64,000 nt of DNA from Azolla caroliniana (Eukaryota > Plantae > Polypodiophyta). The position numbers were made by a program, and so were the translations under genes. The notes below the pieces were generated by a model, which was not told the origin of the DNA, searched no databases, and worked only from the letters and a program-made list of their open reading frames with translations. The stretch spans positions 11,718,001 through 11,782,000 of the forward strand of contig JBHGNT010000002.1 in the NCBI GenBank assembly GCA_043228905.1, written 5' to 3'. Positions within the stretch are counted from its first letter, which is position 1; each line of letters opens with the position of its first letter. Positions 24,404 to 37,109 of the stretch are shown here, in pieces.

Positions 24404-27400
24404 ACTCTTTATACAAAGGTTTGAAGTCTAAAGTTTTTCTAGGAGAAATATATATACAAGGGCCTAAGGTTCACATTCGAGTCGATGTTCATGACAGCTC
24501 CAACTACCCAGTGTCGAAGTCGAAGATGGGGGACATGCTTGTGGTTAAAGATCTCTAGTTGCCAGTATAGTTCGGGGACAAAAGACCGAATAAGATTGAT
24601 GCATCAACAGGGGAGGTGATGCATATGAAGATGACAACCTATATTCGATGCTTCATTGACATTAGCCTATAGAACAACTTCAATGAAGAGAGTAAAGATC
24701 ATGAACTCTAGGAGAAGATAAGCATCATGTTTGAGAACAAGAATGTTGTAAATCAATTCTTGGTCTTCCGGAAGTTAATGAGACTCTATTGAGCGAACAA
24801 GCTCAACCGAATCCGGATCGGCATCCGGAAGGATGATCCGGATCGGTATCTGGATGGTATCCGGAAACAACCGGCCGGATCGGGGAGACAGATCGGAGAG
24901 CCGGATTCGAGCGGGAACCGGAAGCCTAGTAGTAGCCTAGACTACTAGGTAATCATTGTCTCGTAGTTAGTGTCAATCGTACGTAGGAATATTGAAGTAC
25001 TTGTTAGTACTTCTGTCAGTCCTTTATGGACTTGTATAAATAGTGTTGTTTAGCACATTGTATGTATAGAGTTACAGAGTATTTACATTTTTTGAATCTA
25101 CGCTTACGTTCTGCTCTCTCTGTCTCTCCCACATATACTCTTTGTATACTAAGCTTCTCCATTAAACCTTCATCTTTTTCTCTGTTCCTATCCGGTTGAG
25201 TTGGTTCTGTCTAACGCTTCCGCACGTTTACATTCACATGGTATCAGAGCGCGAGGGTTGAGAACCTCTACAACCGACAGACAATTTCGAAGACAAACCC
25301 TAATACCCAATAAGGACAGACAGAGAAAGATATGGACGGAGGTATGGCAAGTTCACTTCCCAGAGAGAAGCTCAACCGGAACAACTACACGTTCTGGTCA
25401 TATAAAATGCACCAATACTTGCTGGGGCATAGATATTGGAGCTTCGTGGAATGAATGAACGAGGTGGCGCCAAAGCCGGCACACAATGACTTCCCGGTTT
25501 GGGAGCAAGGAGCGAGCCGAGTATTGTACTGCCTCGCATCCTATGTGGACGACCAGATGCTCGGCTACATAAAGGATGCAAAAATACCGAAGGAGGCCTA
25601 GGGAAATTTAAGGAAGATTTTCACCGCGAGTATCACAGCCCGTAAGTTGTAGCTTCGGCAAGAGCTGAACAACATCCGGCAAAGAGAGATGTCGGTTACG
25701 GACTACACCACCAAGATATAGGAGATTTGCGATGCACTCGGGTCCATGAATGTGACGGTGGATGAAGACGAGATGGTACAAATTTGCGTCGGTGGTCTAG
25801 CGCAAAGGTACGGGCCAATCCGGACAGCGATCTACAGCCGAGAGAAACCATTGTCTTTCTTCGACTTGCAATCGATTCTGATGGTCGAAGAAAACCACGT
25901 GAGTGGGTCAAGGACCACTCAATCGGATGGCCGGATGTTGTACATGGAGACAGATCGTCCCCATGGACGTGGTGGACGAGGTAGGTCGGCACGCAATGGA
26001 AGCGGCCGGCAAGAGCAGGACCGGAGGCACAGAGGTGGTGCCGACAACAGTTCCGGACCTTCCACAACTAGGTGGAGTCAAAGTGGCGCCAGGAACCGGC
26101 ACGGAATGGCCGACACAGAATGCTGGTAATGTGGCAAAAAAAGGGCCACAGGGAAAGAGAGTGCTGGAAGAAGTGAGCCGATTCGGACAAATCTGGATCC
26201 GGCAAAACCGATCGGGAGAACCAACAAAGCTCGCACTACGTGGAAGGGGAAGGATTCAGAACCGGGAGAGCCAGTAAAGGGCCAACCTTCGTGATGAAGC
26301 ACAAGGCTAACTCGATGAAGAAGACTACTTCCAAATAAGAGGAAGTATGGTACGTTGATTCTGGAGCATCCAACCACATGACAAACCATGAAGAATGGTT
26401 CTCTTTTTTGGAGAAGCCCGAACAATCGGGGATTGTCGAAACCGGAGAAGACACCCCTCACTTGATTTTGCATGTTGGAGAAGTCCCTTTAAGCCATGCC
26501 GGACAAAAGGGGAAGCTGATGAACGTATTACATGTTCTGACTATCACAAAGAACCTAGTGTCGGTTGCACAAATCGTTAACCAGGGAATGCAGATGTGGT
26601 TTACGCACCTAGGGTGCTTCATCGAGGAAGAAGGCCGGATAATTGCGCAAGGGTGCAAAGAAGGGACAATGTTCATCCTCAACACCAATGACGTTGGCAC
26701 CGCCATGTTTGCCAAAGGGCAGAAGGTTGAGCCAGACATCAACCTGTGGCACAAGCGGATCAGCCACGTCAACTACCGGAGGCTTCATGACCTACAATCG
26801 AAACAAGTTTTCTTCGGTTTGCCGAAATTTGTGAAACCTGCCAACTCTGGAAGCAACACCGGCTTCCATTCCCCACCGAACGAAACTGGAGTCGTAACAA
26901 GCTCGATCTAATACATTCCGATGTATGGGGACCGACACAGAACGTTAGTCTTGGCGGGAGTCGATACTTCGTCTCCTTCATCGACGACTACAACCAACAC
27001 ACGTGGATCTACCTCATCGAACGGAAGAGCGAAGTCTTCGAATGTTTCTAGAACATGCAAAGCTTAGTTGAATGGGAAACAGAGAGGAAGGTCAAGTGCT
27101 TGCAGTCAGATGGCGGAAAAGAATACTTTTCCGGTCAATTCAACAGTTATTTGCAGCAGAACGGAATTCGGAGAGAATTCAGCTACAGATACACGCCGGA
27201 GCAAAAAGGTGTGGCCGAAAGGAAGAACTGGTTGATTGTCGACGCGGCAAGGGCAATGCTGGAGGAGAAGAGCATGCCCCAATTCTACTGGGCTAAGGCG
27301 ATCTAGACGGCCGTCTACATCCAAAACCGGATGAGAGACAAGGTGTCATCACATGAGCTATATTTCGGGCGAAAGCCGAATTTGAGACACCTTCGGATAT

Positions 27401-28625
27401 TCGGTAGCATAGCATATGTGCATGTACCGGATGAGAAGCGGAAGAAGCTAGATCCGAAGTCGAAGAAATGCATCCTAGTCGGCTACTTGCATGAGCAGAA
27501 GGGGTATAAGTGTTATAACCCCCAAACTAAGTAGGTCCGAGTAAGCCGAGATGTTGAGTTTGATGAGACGGCATCATGGTACGCCTTACCAACTCCAACT
27601 CCCGACGAAGACCCGATTCCGGAAGATGACGCTAGTGAGCCCGAGGAGGTCCAGGTAGAAGATGAAGACTTTGGCACTCTAGAAGAGAGTCTGATCTCAT
27701 TCCAGCTCAATGGACCGAATGAGTTGCTGAGTCGAGATGACCAATCGGATGAAGAACCGGCAAGTAGTGGAGACTCTCTTGTGCAGTCCCCGCGCAAGGA
27801 ACCGAGGAGAAGGTTCACGCGCAAAGAGAATGGGAAGAAGAAGATGTCGGAATACGAAATCCGCAACGTTGAGTCGCATCAGAACGACTCCGACTCCGGG
27901 AAGGATGAAGGCGGATCTTCGGGAATGAAGTTCAAACCGGCCAAGAAGGGCCCCAAACCGGGTGATGACAAGTTACGCTGTCGTGACGATTTTCGGCTAC
28001 GGTGTGAAACCGAGTGAGACGAATAAACCAAGGATGTGCAACATTGCACATGCACTTAGCAAATAAACCTAGCCTAGTGGCACTTGAGTTCATGCAGAGG
28101 GGTGCAAGCAAGGATTGAACCTTGCACCTCTAAGATACAAGATAATTTCCTTACCACTAGGACAACTATCATATAGTGTAGATTTTATGTATTTCCTTTT
28201 CATATACAAATTATAGACGAAACAACCATAGAAAACCATGTGCACAAAACCATGGTTTTAAACCCATGGTTTGTGCATGACATAAGCAAAACCGTGTGCA
28301 CAAAACCATGGTTTTAGCCCATGGTTTTGTGCATGTCACGAGCATGGAAAGACCTATAAAAGCCTCTAGTTGGGCTTGTGTAAGGGGGGCTCAATATGTG
28401 ATATCACCAACACCATTATCATCAATATAATTATATTTGTCTTTATCTTCTTCATTATTTTCTACTTCTCAAGTGTACAAGCTTTCTTCTTCTCAAGTGA
28501 ACAAATTCCGTCTAATCTTACATTGATCGTCATCTCTTCGATAATTCCGCGAACATCCTCCCCAGTCCAAGACCCCGGTGGTCGCTCGAGTAGCACACGC
28601 ACGCGCGAATCTTCGCGACATCATT

Positions 28626-28643
28626 TGGTGAACCCGACGTGAA
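28626..28643 (+). promoter_or_regulatory. Primer-binding site complementary to the tRNA-Trp 3' end
   Basis: The reverse complement TTCACGTCGGGTTCACCA matches the plant cytosolic tRNA-Trp 3' end as I recall it. The same site occurs at 21809-21826 and 63652-63669. Confidence 0.85.
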
Positions 28644-28664
28644 GACCAGCAGGGGAGGACGAAG

Positions 28665-30290
28665 ATGGATGGCGAATATCTCATGGAGGCAATGTCAAGA
28701 AGGATGATGGAGTTTCTGAGAGAAGGGAAAAGAAGAAATGAAGCCCAACAAGCCGTCGACAAGGTAGTCGAATGAATGAGCTATTTCAACGGCGCCGAAG
28801 TCCAAAGTTTCCTAAAAGTCTACAATGCGGAGATGGATTCAAGAGGTGTGGACAAAGATATGAGGCTAGAGTACTTTTGTCGGGTGGTGTCTCAACCGAT
28901 CTTCAAAGATGTAAAAGAGCTTCTAGAAGCTCATGATTCGTGGGCGACTTTCGAGAAGGCTCTATTGGAGGAATATGGCTATGAGAGACTGAAGGGACGA
29001 GATCGACGCAACTTTGACCAATGGGTGACATCAGCGAAGACCCACCAAGGTGCGACACAAGCATTCGTAGACTTCGAGCATCATTTTTCTCAATTTTCGG
29101 AGCGGGAACAAAGATTGGTGGGGGTCGATAAGGTCCTTATGTTCGTGAAGTCAATCGATCGAATGGAAAGGATGGCGATCGGCCTCAAACTCGAAGAAGA
29201 TGATGGTGCAAATGGCCTCATCGAGGATTGGAGCAAAGTGGAAAGTGTATGCCGACTACATGATAAGGGGCAAGCGAGAATATCGATGACAACAAGACGG
29301 CCCATGAGGGACGATCGAAGAGGGACGAGATGCAACAACGCACCACCAACAAAAGAAATGAAGCTTAGAAGGGAGACAAAACCGAGGCGAATGGTGATCG
29401 AGGAAGAAGAGACCTCCCAACAAATGTGGGTTAATGAAGTGGCCGATACAAAGGCTCTGGTTCGGTATGACGGTACCGAGAGAGAAGGTGTGAAACAAGT
29501 CACCTTCTTGTCTTACAAAGAAACGACGGCGAAGGAGGAGGCCGATGACTCGAGGACGGCGAACGCCACTTCGAGGGAGGATAAATGTTTCGGAACACGC
29601 ATTGTGTACGAAACATCGGGTGATGACGGCGCAAGCATGAGAAAAGCTTGCATGATCGAGGGAGAAAAAGTGTTTGAGTCTGAAGAGATTGAGGAGGTAG
29701 CCATGACAAACGACATCGAGTCGGAGGTGGCTATGGATGAGTCGACGACGGATAGCCATGTCGACACTTTCTTCACGCTTGTTCCAGAGACTTCGGCGGT
29801 TGCGCCCATGTGCCAACGTGAGACCGGAGAGACGGAAGGTGGTGACGGGAAGACGAAGGCCCAACACAAGGAGGATGAAGATCGAGGAAGAAAGGATATC
29901 CCCACACCTATTCTAGAGACTTTGGCGGTTGTGCACGTGCGCCAACGTGAGACCGGAGAGACAGAATGTGTGGACAAAAAAGAGGACGACCGGAAGGGCG
30001 ATGAAGAAGACAAGGTAAATGTAAATGAACGAAGGGATTCCTTCACACCGGTTCCGGAGACTTCGGCAGTCGAGACCGTGTGTCGGCATAAGACCAAAGA
30101 TAAAGGAGGTGGCGAAGAGGAGACAATATGGCTCGCGGCGAGCATACATGGAGGGAAGGATATGGCCGACGTGGAGGCCAAGGATGAAGCTACGGTTGAG
30201 TTCGATGGAGAGGTTGCATGCGGGAAGGAAGGAAGAGTCGAGAACCGGTTGAACCGGAAGACGATCCGGCCGGGATTCCGACCCGAATGA
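28665..30290 (+). CDS. Gag-like protein with a long acidic, repetitive C-terminal tail; one in-frame TGA at 28773-28775
   Basis: The 504-aa ORF from 28776 extends 37 codons upstream to an ATG at 28665 across a TGA that is CGA in X1. Its N-terminal part is similar to the Gag of element J. Confidence 0.8.
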
Positions 30291-33200
30291 AGGAAGATCC
30301 ACATGGGAGCCGATCGACCGGGGCCGACCCGGCCGAAACCTGATTCGGCGAAAATCGATCGGACGATTCTGATCCAAAAGGGGGCCAACCCAGCCAGAAT
30401 CAATCGGTCGAGCCCGACTCGAGGAAATGTGAATGCAGACGAAGGCCAACCAAGCCAAGAAGCGATCGGTGGAGACCGATCCGGACAAGGGCAAACCCGG
30501 CCTAATCGGAGATCGACACGAACGATCTACAATACCTAGTTGAAGACGGTGAGCGTGAGGAGTGGCCAGGAGTCCAATCGAAGGACACGCGCGGTGGACG
30601 AAGGAAGAGCGGTCGTATCGACGACATCGTTCGGTAGATCTACTACAACCGATCGGGGAAGAAGGTGTGAGCGCCGGATATGGTGGATCGGGTGGCTACG
30701 GTGGTTCGGTTGGAAAGATTGCGCATACTCGAAGTGGAAGACGAAGTCGACAAGCGTGTAGAGGAACTCGGTTGATCACCGTTGCCAAAGATCTCACCTC
30801 TTCACCTTTCTCGGCACATACCGGAGGATGTGCGGGTTTGGTGGGGGTGGATGTCGTGACGATTTTCGGCTACGGTGTGAAACCGAGTGAGACGAATAAA
30901 CCAAGGATGTGCAACATTGCACATGCACTTAGCAAATAAACCTAGCCTAGTGGCACTTGAGTTCATGCAGAGGGGTGCAAGCAAGGATTGAACCTTGCAC
31001 CTCTAAGATACAAGATAATTGCCTTACCACTAGGACAACTATCATATAGTGTAGATTTTATGTATTTCCTTTTCATATACAAATTATAGACGAAACAACC
31101 ATAGAAAACCATGTGCACAAAACCATGGTTTTAAACCCATGGTTTGTGCATGACATAAGCAAAACCGTGTGCACAAAACCATGGTTTTAGCCCATGGTTT
31201 TGTGCATGTCACGAGCATGGAAAGACCTATAAAAGCCTCTAGTTGGGCTTGTGTAAGGGGGGCTCAATATGTGATATCACCAACACCATTATCATCAATA
31301 TAATTATATTTGTCTTTATCTTCTTCATTATTTTCTACTTCTCAAGTGTACAAGCTTTCTTCTTCTCAAGTGAACAAATTCCGTCTAATCTTACATTGAT
31401 CGTCATCTCTTCGATAATTCCGCGAACATCCTCCCCAGTCCAAGACCCCGGTGGTCGCTCGAGTAGCACACGCACGCGCGAATCTTCGCGACAACGCCGG
31501 TCTTCCTGCCAGAAGAACCCCATTACGTGGTACCAATACAATGAGTACATGGCGCATCACTATGCGTACATGACCAAATTGGCGGAAGTGCGTGAGCCGG
31601 AGAGCTACGCAAAAGCGGCAAATGACACAAATTGGTGTGCCGCTATGGAAGAAGAAATGCGGGCACTCGATGCCAACGACACATGGGACCTTGTCGACCC
31701 TCCCCGACATTGTAAACCGATAGGTTGCAAATGGGTGTACAAGGTAAAGTACAAGGCCGACGGTTCGGTTAACCAGTACAAGGCCCGGTTAGTGGCGAAG
31801 GGATATGCACAGACCCACGGAATTGACTACGACCAGACCTTCGCTCCAGTAGCGAAGATGACGACGGTTCACATGGTTCTGGCGGTTGCTACGGCAAGGG
31901 GATGGCATCTTCACCAAATGGAAGTGAAGAATGTGTTTCTTCAAGGTGACCTTGAAGAATGGGTCTATATGATCTAACCCCCCAGTTTTCAATCGGAGAT
32001 GAACAAGTCGGCGGTGTGCCGGCTTAAGAAGTCGCTTTACGGTCTGAAACAAGCCCCCCGAGCTTGGAATGCGAAGATCACGCACCGGTTGTGTAAGATG
32101 GGGTTTGTGACCTCTAAATTCGACTCCTCGTTGTTCATCCAGCAAGGTCCGGATGGTCCAGTTTGCATCTTACTTTATGTAGATGATTTAGTCATCACCG
32201 GACTTGGCCTCATTGAAATCGGCCGACTGAAGTCCCAACTATTAAACACATTTGAAATGAAGGACATGGGGGACCTTCATTATTTTCTTGGGATCGAGGT
32301 GATCCGAACCACCGATGGCATATTGCTCTCACAACGACACTACGTGTTGAATATGTTGTACAAGTTCCGATTGCCGGAATGCCAACCTGTCTACACACCC
32401 TTGGACCGGAACCAGAAGCTTTGTCCCAACTCCTGACCGGCCTGCGATGAGAAATGATTCCGAGAAATTGTCGGAAGCCTCATATACCTGACAATCACTC
32501 AACCCGACACTAGTTACCCAGTCAGAGTGATCAGCCAGTTCATGTAGAAGCCGACCATCGAGCACCTTCAATGCGCACACCGGATACTCTGGTATGTATG
32601 CAGCACGAAGGATCAGGGACTATTATACCGGCATGGTATAACTGAAGAGCTAGTCAGATACACAAATGTTGATTGGGCTGGTGATGCATCGTATCGCCGA
32701 TACACCTCCGGTTACATGTTTTCTCTTGGTAGCGTGGTTGCTGCATGGAGTAGCGAAAAGCAGCCACCAGTGGCTCTATCGAGCATTGAGGTTGAGTACA
32801 GGGGTGCTACCAATGCCACCTGTGAAGCCATCTGGCTTCAGCAACTACTGCATTACCTCCAAATCGAGGTACCGACCCCGATCCTGATCTACTGTGACAA
32901 CATGAACAACATTCAGCTCGCCAAGAACCCTGCATTCCATGCTCGGACAAAGCACATAGAAGTGCATTATCACTTTGTTCATGAGTGGGTCCTGAGCGGG
33001 GGATTGAACTTCGGTATGTTCACATAGATCAGCAGGTTACCAACATCTTCGCCAAGCCGCTAGGATCAAACAAGTTGCGGCATTTTTCGGAGATGCTCGG
33101 TATTCAGCATCTCGTTGTGCCACACTTGAGGGGGAGAAAAGGAAAGGGAACAGATGGCATTGGACAAGGATCCACAGAGGAAGAAAGAACTAACAAAGGG

Positions 33201-36200
33201 GGAGATGAAGGGAAAAAGGAAGCCGAGTCGACGAAGGAAGTCGGCACATCGGAACAAGTCGGAATAAGCAACAGCAGCGGTAAAGTCAAGAAAGATAGAG
33301 CCGACCGGAAAGAGAAGGCCAAGACTCGGACATGGTCTGATATGCTAAAGGGCCTGAAACTGGAAGACGAGTTGGAGAACACCGACTCGGACAAGAGCCG
33401 GAACGAATCAAAGGAACCCGATTCGGTTCAAGATTCGAAGAAGCCGGATCAGCTAAAGGCTAAACGGACACGAACGCAGCGGAAGTCGATGCCAACATGA
33501 AGGAATCGATGGGCCGACAAGTGCTAGAGTCATAGCAGCAAGGGAGCTTAAATGGGCCTATTGAGCAGACAAGCCAACCGAGGAGGTCGAGGTGCGGAGA
33601 ACCAAAAGGGTCGCGGCAAACAAGACCGGACTGGACGAGGAGCGCGACCAAGGCGGAGCAACGCCAGAAGGAGCCGGGTAGAAGAACTGACTGCCGCAGA
33701 CACTAACACCACGATCCGACCTCAAGTTGAACTTGAGGGGGAGTGCTGAGCAAGCAAGCTCAACCAGATCCGGATCGGCATCCAGAAGGATGAGCCGGAT
33801 CAGTATCCAAAAACAATCGGCCGGATCGGGGAGACAGATCGGAGAGCCGGATTCGAGTGGGAACCAGAAGCCTAGTAGTAGCCTAGACTACTAGGTAATC
33901 TTTGTCTCGTAGTTAGTGTCAATCGTACGTAGGAATATTGAAGTACCTGTCAGAACTTCCGTCAGTCCTTTATGGACTTGTATAAATAGTGTTGTTTAGC
34001 ACGTTGTATGTACAGAGTTACAAAGTATTTTCATTTTTTGAATCTACGCTTACGTTCTGCTCTCTCTGTCTCTCCCACGTATACTCTTTGTATACTAAAC
34101 TTCTCCATTAAACCTTCATCTTATTCTCTATTGCTAACCGGCTAAGCCGGTTCTATCTAACGCTTCCACACGTTTGCATTCACAGACTCTAATATCAAGA
34201 CGCCTCTAGTATGGCGGAGCACATGAACGCCTTCCAGGGGCTGATAAACCAAACAACTAGCTGACAAGGTAGTCATGTTGCTGCTACTCTCCCTCTCGTA
34301 TAGTTGGAAGACGCAAGTTGTCACTTTAGGCAATGTCGGGCCAGAAGGTAAACACCTATCCCTAACAAGGGTAAAATCAAGCTTGCTGGATGAAGAAGCT
34401 CGTCGGAAGGATCGGGAGTCCAGAACTGATCTGAAGGCCTTGGTTACGGAAGACCACAATAACTGGGAAAGAGGCCAGAATCAGAGTCTCCAAAACCGGG
34501 ACAAATCAAGGACGAGGTTGAACTCAAGGGGGAGGTCAACTTGCTTTTATTGCGGAAAGTCGGGGCACTTCAAGAAGAATTGCCAACATTTCTAGAAGGA
34601 GAAAGGAACCGACAATGCTGACTTGAAGAAGGGTTCGGACCAGAGGAGTTCGGATCAGAAAGGAACATCCGCAATCGCGACAAGTGAAGAAGAATTGTTG
34701 CTCATCACTGAGGAAAATGATTTGCCCCTTGCCAGCAACGAGACGACATGGGTGGTCGACTCTGGAGCGTCGTTCCATCTAACTGCCGACCGGAAATGTT
34801 TCTCATCCTATAGAGCCAGAGATCACGGTTGTGTGCGGATGGGGAATGAAGGTGCATGCCGAATTGTTGGTATAGGAGATGTGTGGTTGACAACGTCAAC
34901 CGGGTGCAAGTTGTTGTTGAAAGATGTCTAACACGTTCCGGAGGTTTGGTTTAACTTGATATCAGTCGGACGGTTGGATGATGTAGGCTACACAGGTAGC
35001 ATCCGAAACGGAGTCATGAAGTTCAGCAAAGGAAGCCTGGTCGTGGCTCGAGCCTAGAAGATCAACATATTGTACCTAACACATGCCCGGATATGCAGGG
35101 AAGAAGTGAACGTGGCATCCGACACTGCCGGTGAGTTGTGGCTCTGATGACAACGACCATATGTGATAAATAGGTCACCCTTAGCGCCCTTGGACGGAGA
35201 CACACCACAGAGAGTATGGACCGGTAAAGACATGTCTTACCGGCATCTGAAGGTGTTTGGTTGTCTTGCCTATGTACATGTAGCAAAGGACAAGAGAGTG
35301 AAATTGGATCCGAAGTTTCGTCCATGCATATTCCTTGGATACAACGATGATGAGTTTGGCTACCGAGTGTGGGACTTGGTTGACAAGAAGTTTTTCAAGA
35401 GTCGAGACATAGTCTTCATGGAAGATAAGACCATTGTCGACTGGGAATCGGAGAAGAAGATAGTGGACTCTGGGTCGATCGACAAAGATCGGTTCGAAGA
35501 TGCTAGGATATATCCGGTAGGAAGCCGAATGTCAGACGAAGACCATGATGAACCGGCCGGATTCGGACAAAGAACCAAATCGACCAAAGAAGAAGAATCG
35601 GACACCGAAACCGGACAAGACCCGAATCGGATTCAGATGAAGAACAGACAGAGGAGCTTATGGTCAAAAACCAAGGATGGAGATACCCTCTGAGAGAGAG
35701 AAGGCCCCCCGAAAATTTCCAGATGCAGAGCATGTCTTATTGACTGATGAGGGGGAGCCGGAAAGCTTCGAAGAAGCAAAGAAAGGCACCCACAACCGAA
35801 AGTGGTTGAGTTCCATGCAAGATGAGATGGATTCCCTGCATGGTGTCAGGAATAGTACTAAAGCAGAGATGGAATTAGTACTAAAGAAGAGCAGTACTAT
35901 TAGTACTAAGAGGACAGGACTACGTAAGACTCCCAAGAGAGAGAGAAAGAGAGAAGCGAAAAGAGAGATAGCGAGTATGAGAGAGAGAGAAGGATGATGA
36001 CAGCAGCTCTTATATTATATGAAAGATAAGTACAAATCGGCTAAGAGGCTTAAGACTGGTGTTGAACCAATTTGGTTCAACATAATGCCTAGTGCCTTCT
36101 TTTATAGTGTTGTCAGGACTAATCCTAAAACTTCTAGAATGTTCCAGAGAAATCTGGAATATACATTACTTTCTTATAATAAAACATAAGTGAAAATAAT

Positions 36201-36220
36201 ATCCTATGAATTATAATAGA

Positions 36221-36283
36221 TGGTGTGATGGTTAAGAGCTCGACCCATATACCATAAGGTTATGGGTTCGAGTCTTGCCATAT
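36221..36283 (+). promoter_or_regulatory. tRNA-like A/B-box cassette at the U3 end of the element E LTR; also at 42337-42399
   Basis: TGGTGTGATGGTTAAG-N28-GGTTCGAGTC. Confidence 0.6.
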
Positions 36284-37109
36284 CATGACACTATCTCCCC
36301 CTTAAAGACGACAAGTGGAACGAGTCGGCGCTGATTGCGGACCGGGTTTGTCCGGATACTTTCGGTGGAAATCAGCAAGCAAATCCTGAGCATTGGCAAC
36401 ATGCTCGACGGGTTCCCAAGTGCGTTCGCTCGGACTATAACCAAGCCAATCGACCAAATAATAAAGTTTGTTGCGAATAAGTTTTGAATCGAGGATGGCA
36501 GCAACTTCATACTCCGGGCCGACGTCCAACTCCAGCGGGGGTGGCGGTGGTGTAACACGATCGGGAATGGTGTTTGCTTTATAAGGTTCAAGAAGAGAAC
36601 AATGGAAAACTGGATGTATTTGAAGCTGCGGAGGGAGATCGAGGCGAAATGTGACATCATTAACCTTACCCGTAATACGGAAAGGACCGAGTCGTCGATA
36701 ATCCAACTTGTCGCACGGTCGAGTAGTCTTGAATGTGACGACGTAAGAGCCATACTCGATCTCCGATGGCAAAAGAGGAGGGAAGCCGATGACGATCCGC
36801 GTAAGTCTTCTGTGTCTGTTGAGCATGACGAAGATGAGTCGAGAGATCTGTCTGGATCTTGGGTAGTCTCTCCAAATAATCCCCGGCACGAGGATTGGTA
36901 GGTAACTCCGGGGTGTCGATCACCAACCAGTAAGGATGAGAACCAGTATAAGCGTAAAATGGGGAGACTCGAGTCGAGGAGTGAACAACATTATTATACG
37001 CAAACTCCGCAAAGTGGAGAATCTCGGCCCAATCGTCCTGTTGATAACTCAGGAAACACCTGAGATATTGCTCCAGCGTTTGGTTTGTTTGTTCCGCCTG
37101 CCCATTGGT

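Larger units (their letters stand above)
1..24496 (-). mobile_element. Element A: Ty3/gypsy, Tcn1-like chromovirus-type LTR retrotransposon. Its own sequence is 1-906 plus 22465-24496, and its 3' half lies outside the window
   Basis: RT fragment at 7-804 ([13 protein letters not shown]...[11 protein letters not shown]...VIYLDDILI). Protease at about 22837-23037 (KALLDSGATSCFID). Gag at 23043-24007 (FDGTRSRLRGFINQI; CLYCGGPDHLIRSC knuckle). 5' LTR at about 24053-24496. A spacer repeat continues across the X1 insertion. Confidence 0.88.
27979..31493 (+). mobile_element. Element X2: intact, young 3.5-kb gag-only LTR retrotransposon
   Basis: 642-bp LTRs at 27979-28620 and 30852-31493, with one difference noticed by eye. 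Termini TGTCG...CGACA. TSD ACGC/ACGC. PBS TGGTGAACCCGACGTGAA at 28626-28643; PPT GTGGGGGTGGA at 30841-30851. No pol motifs. Confidence 0.96.
24787..34184 (+). mobile_element. Element F: D-family copia, decayed, carrying X2
   Basis: LTRs 24787-25238 and 33744-34184. TSD GACTC/GACTC. iMet PBS at 25239-25250. Fragments of gag, PR, INT, RT and RNase H. Confidence 0.94.
24497..35843 (+). mobile_element. Element G: old degraded copia of the B family (own sequence 24497-24786 plus 34185-35843), host of A and F
   Basis: Gag, PR and INT homology to B with many stops. Internal deletion near 35148. Truncated at the RT start (MDSLH). Confidence 0.85.

Noticed and set aside
31243-31977. Hydrophobic N-terminus fused to RT, suggesting an env-like ORF
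   Set aside because: The hydrophobic part is the T-rich X LTR read into the host copia F.
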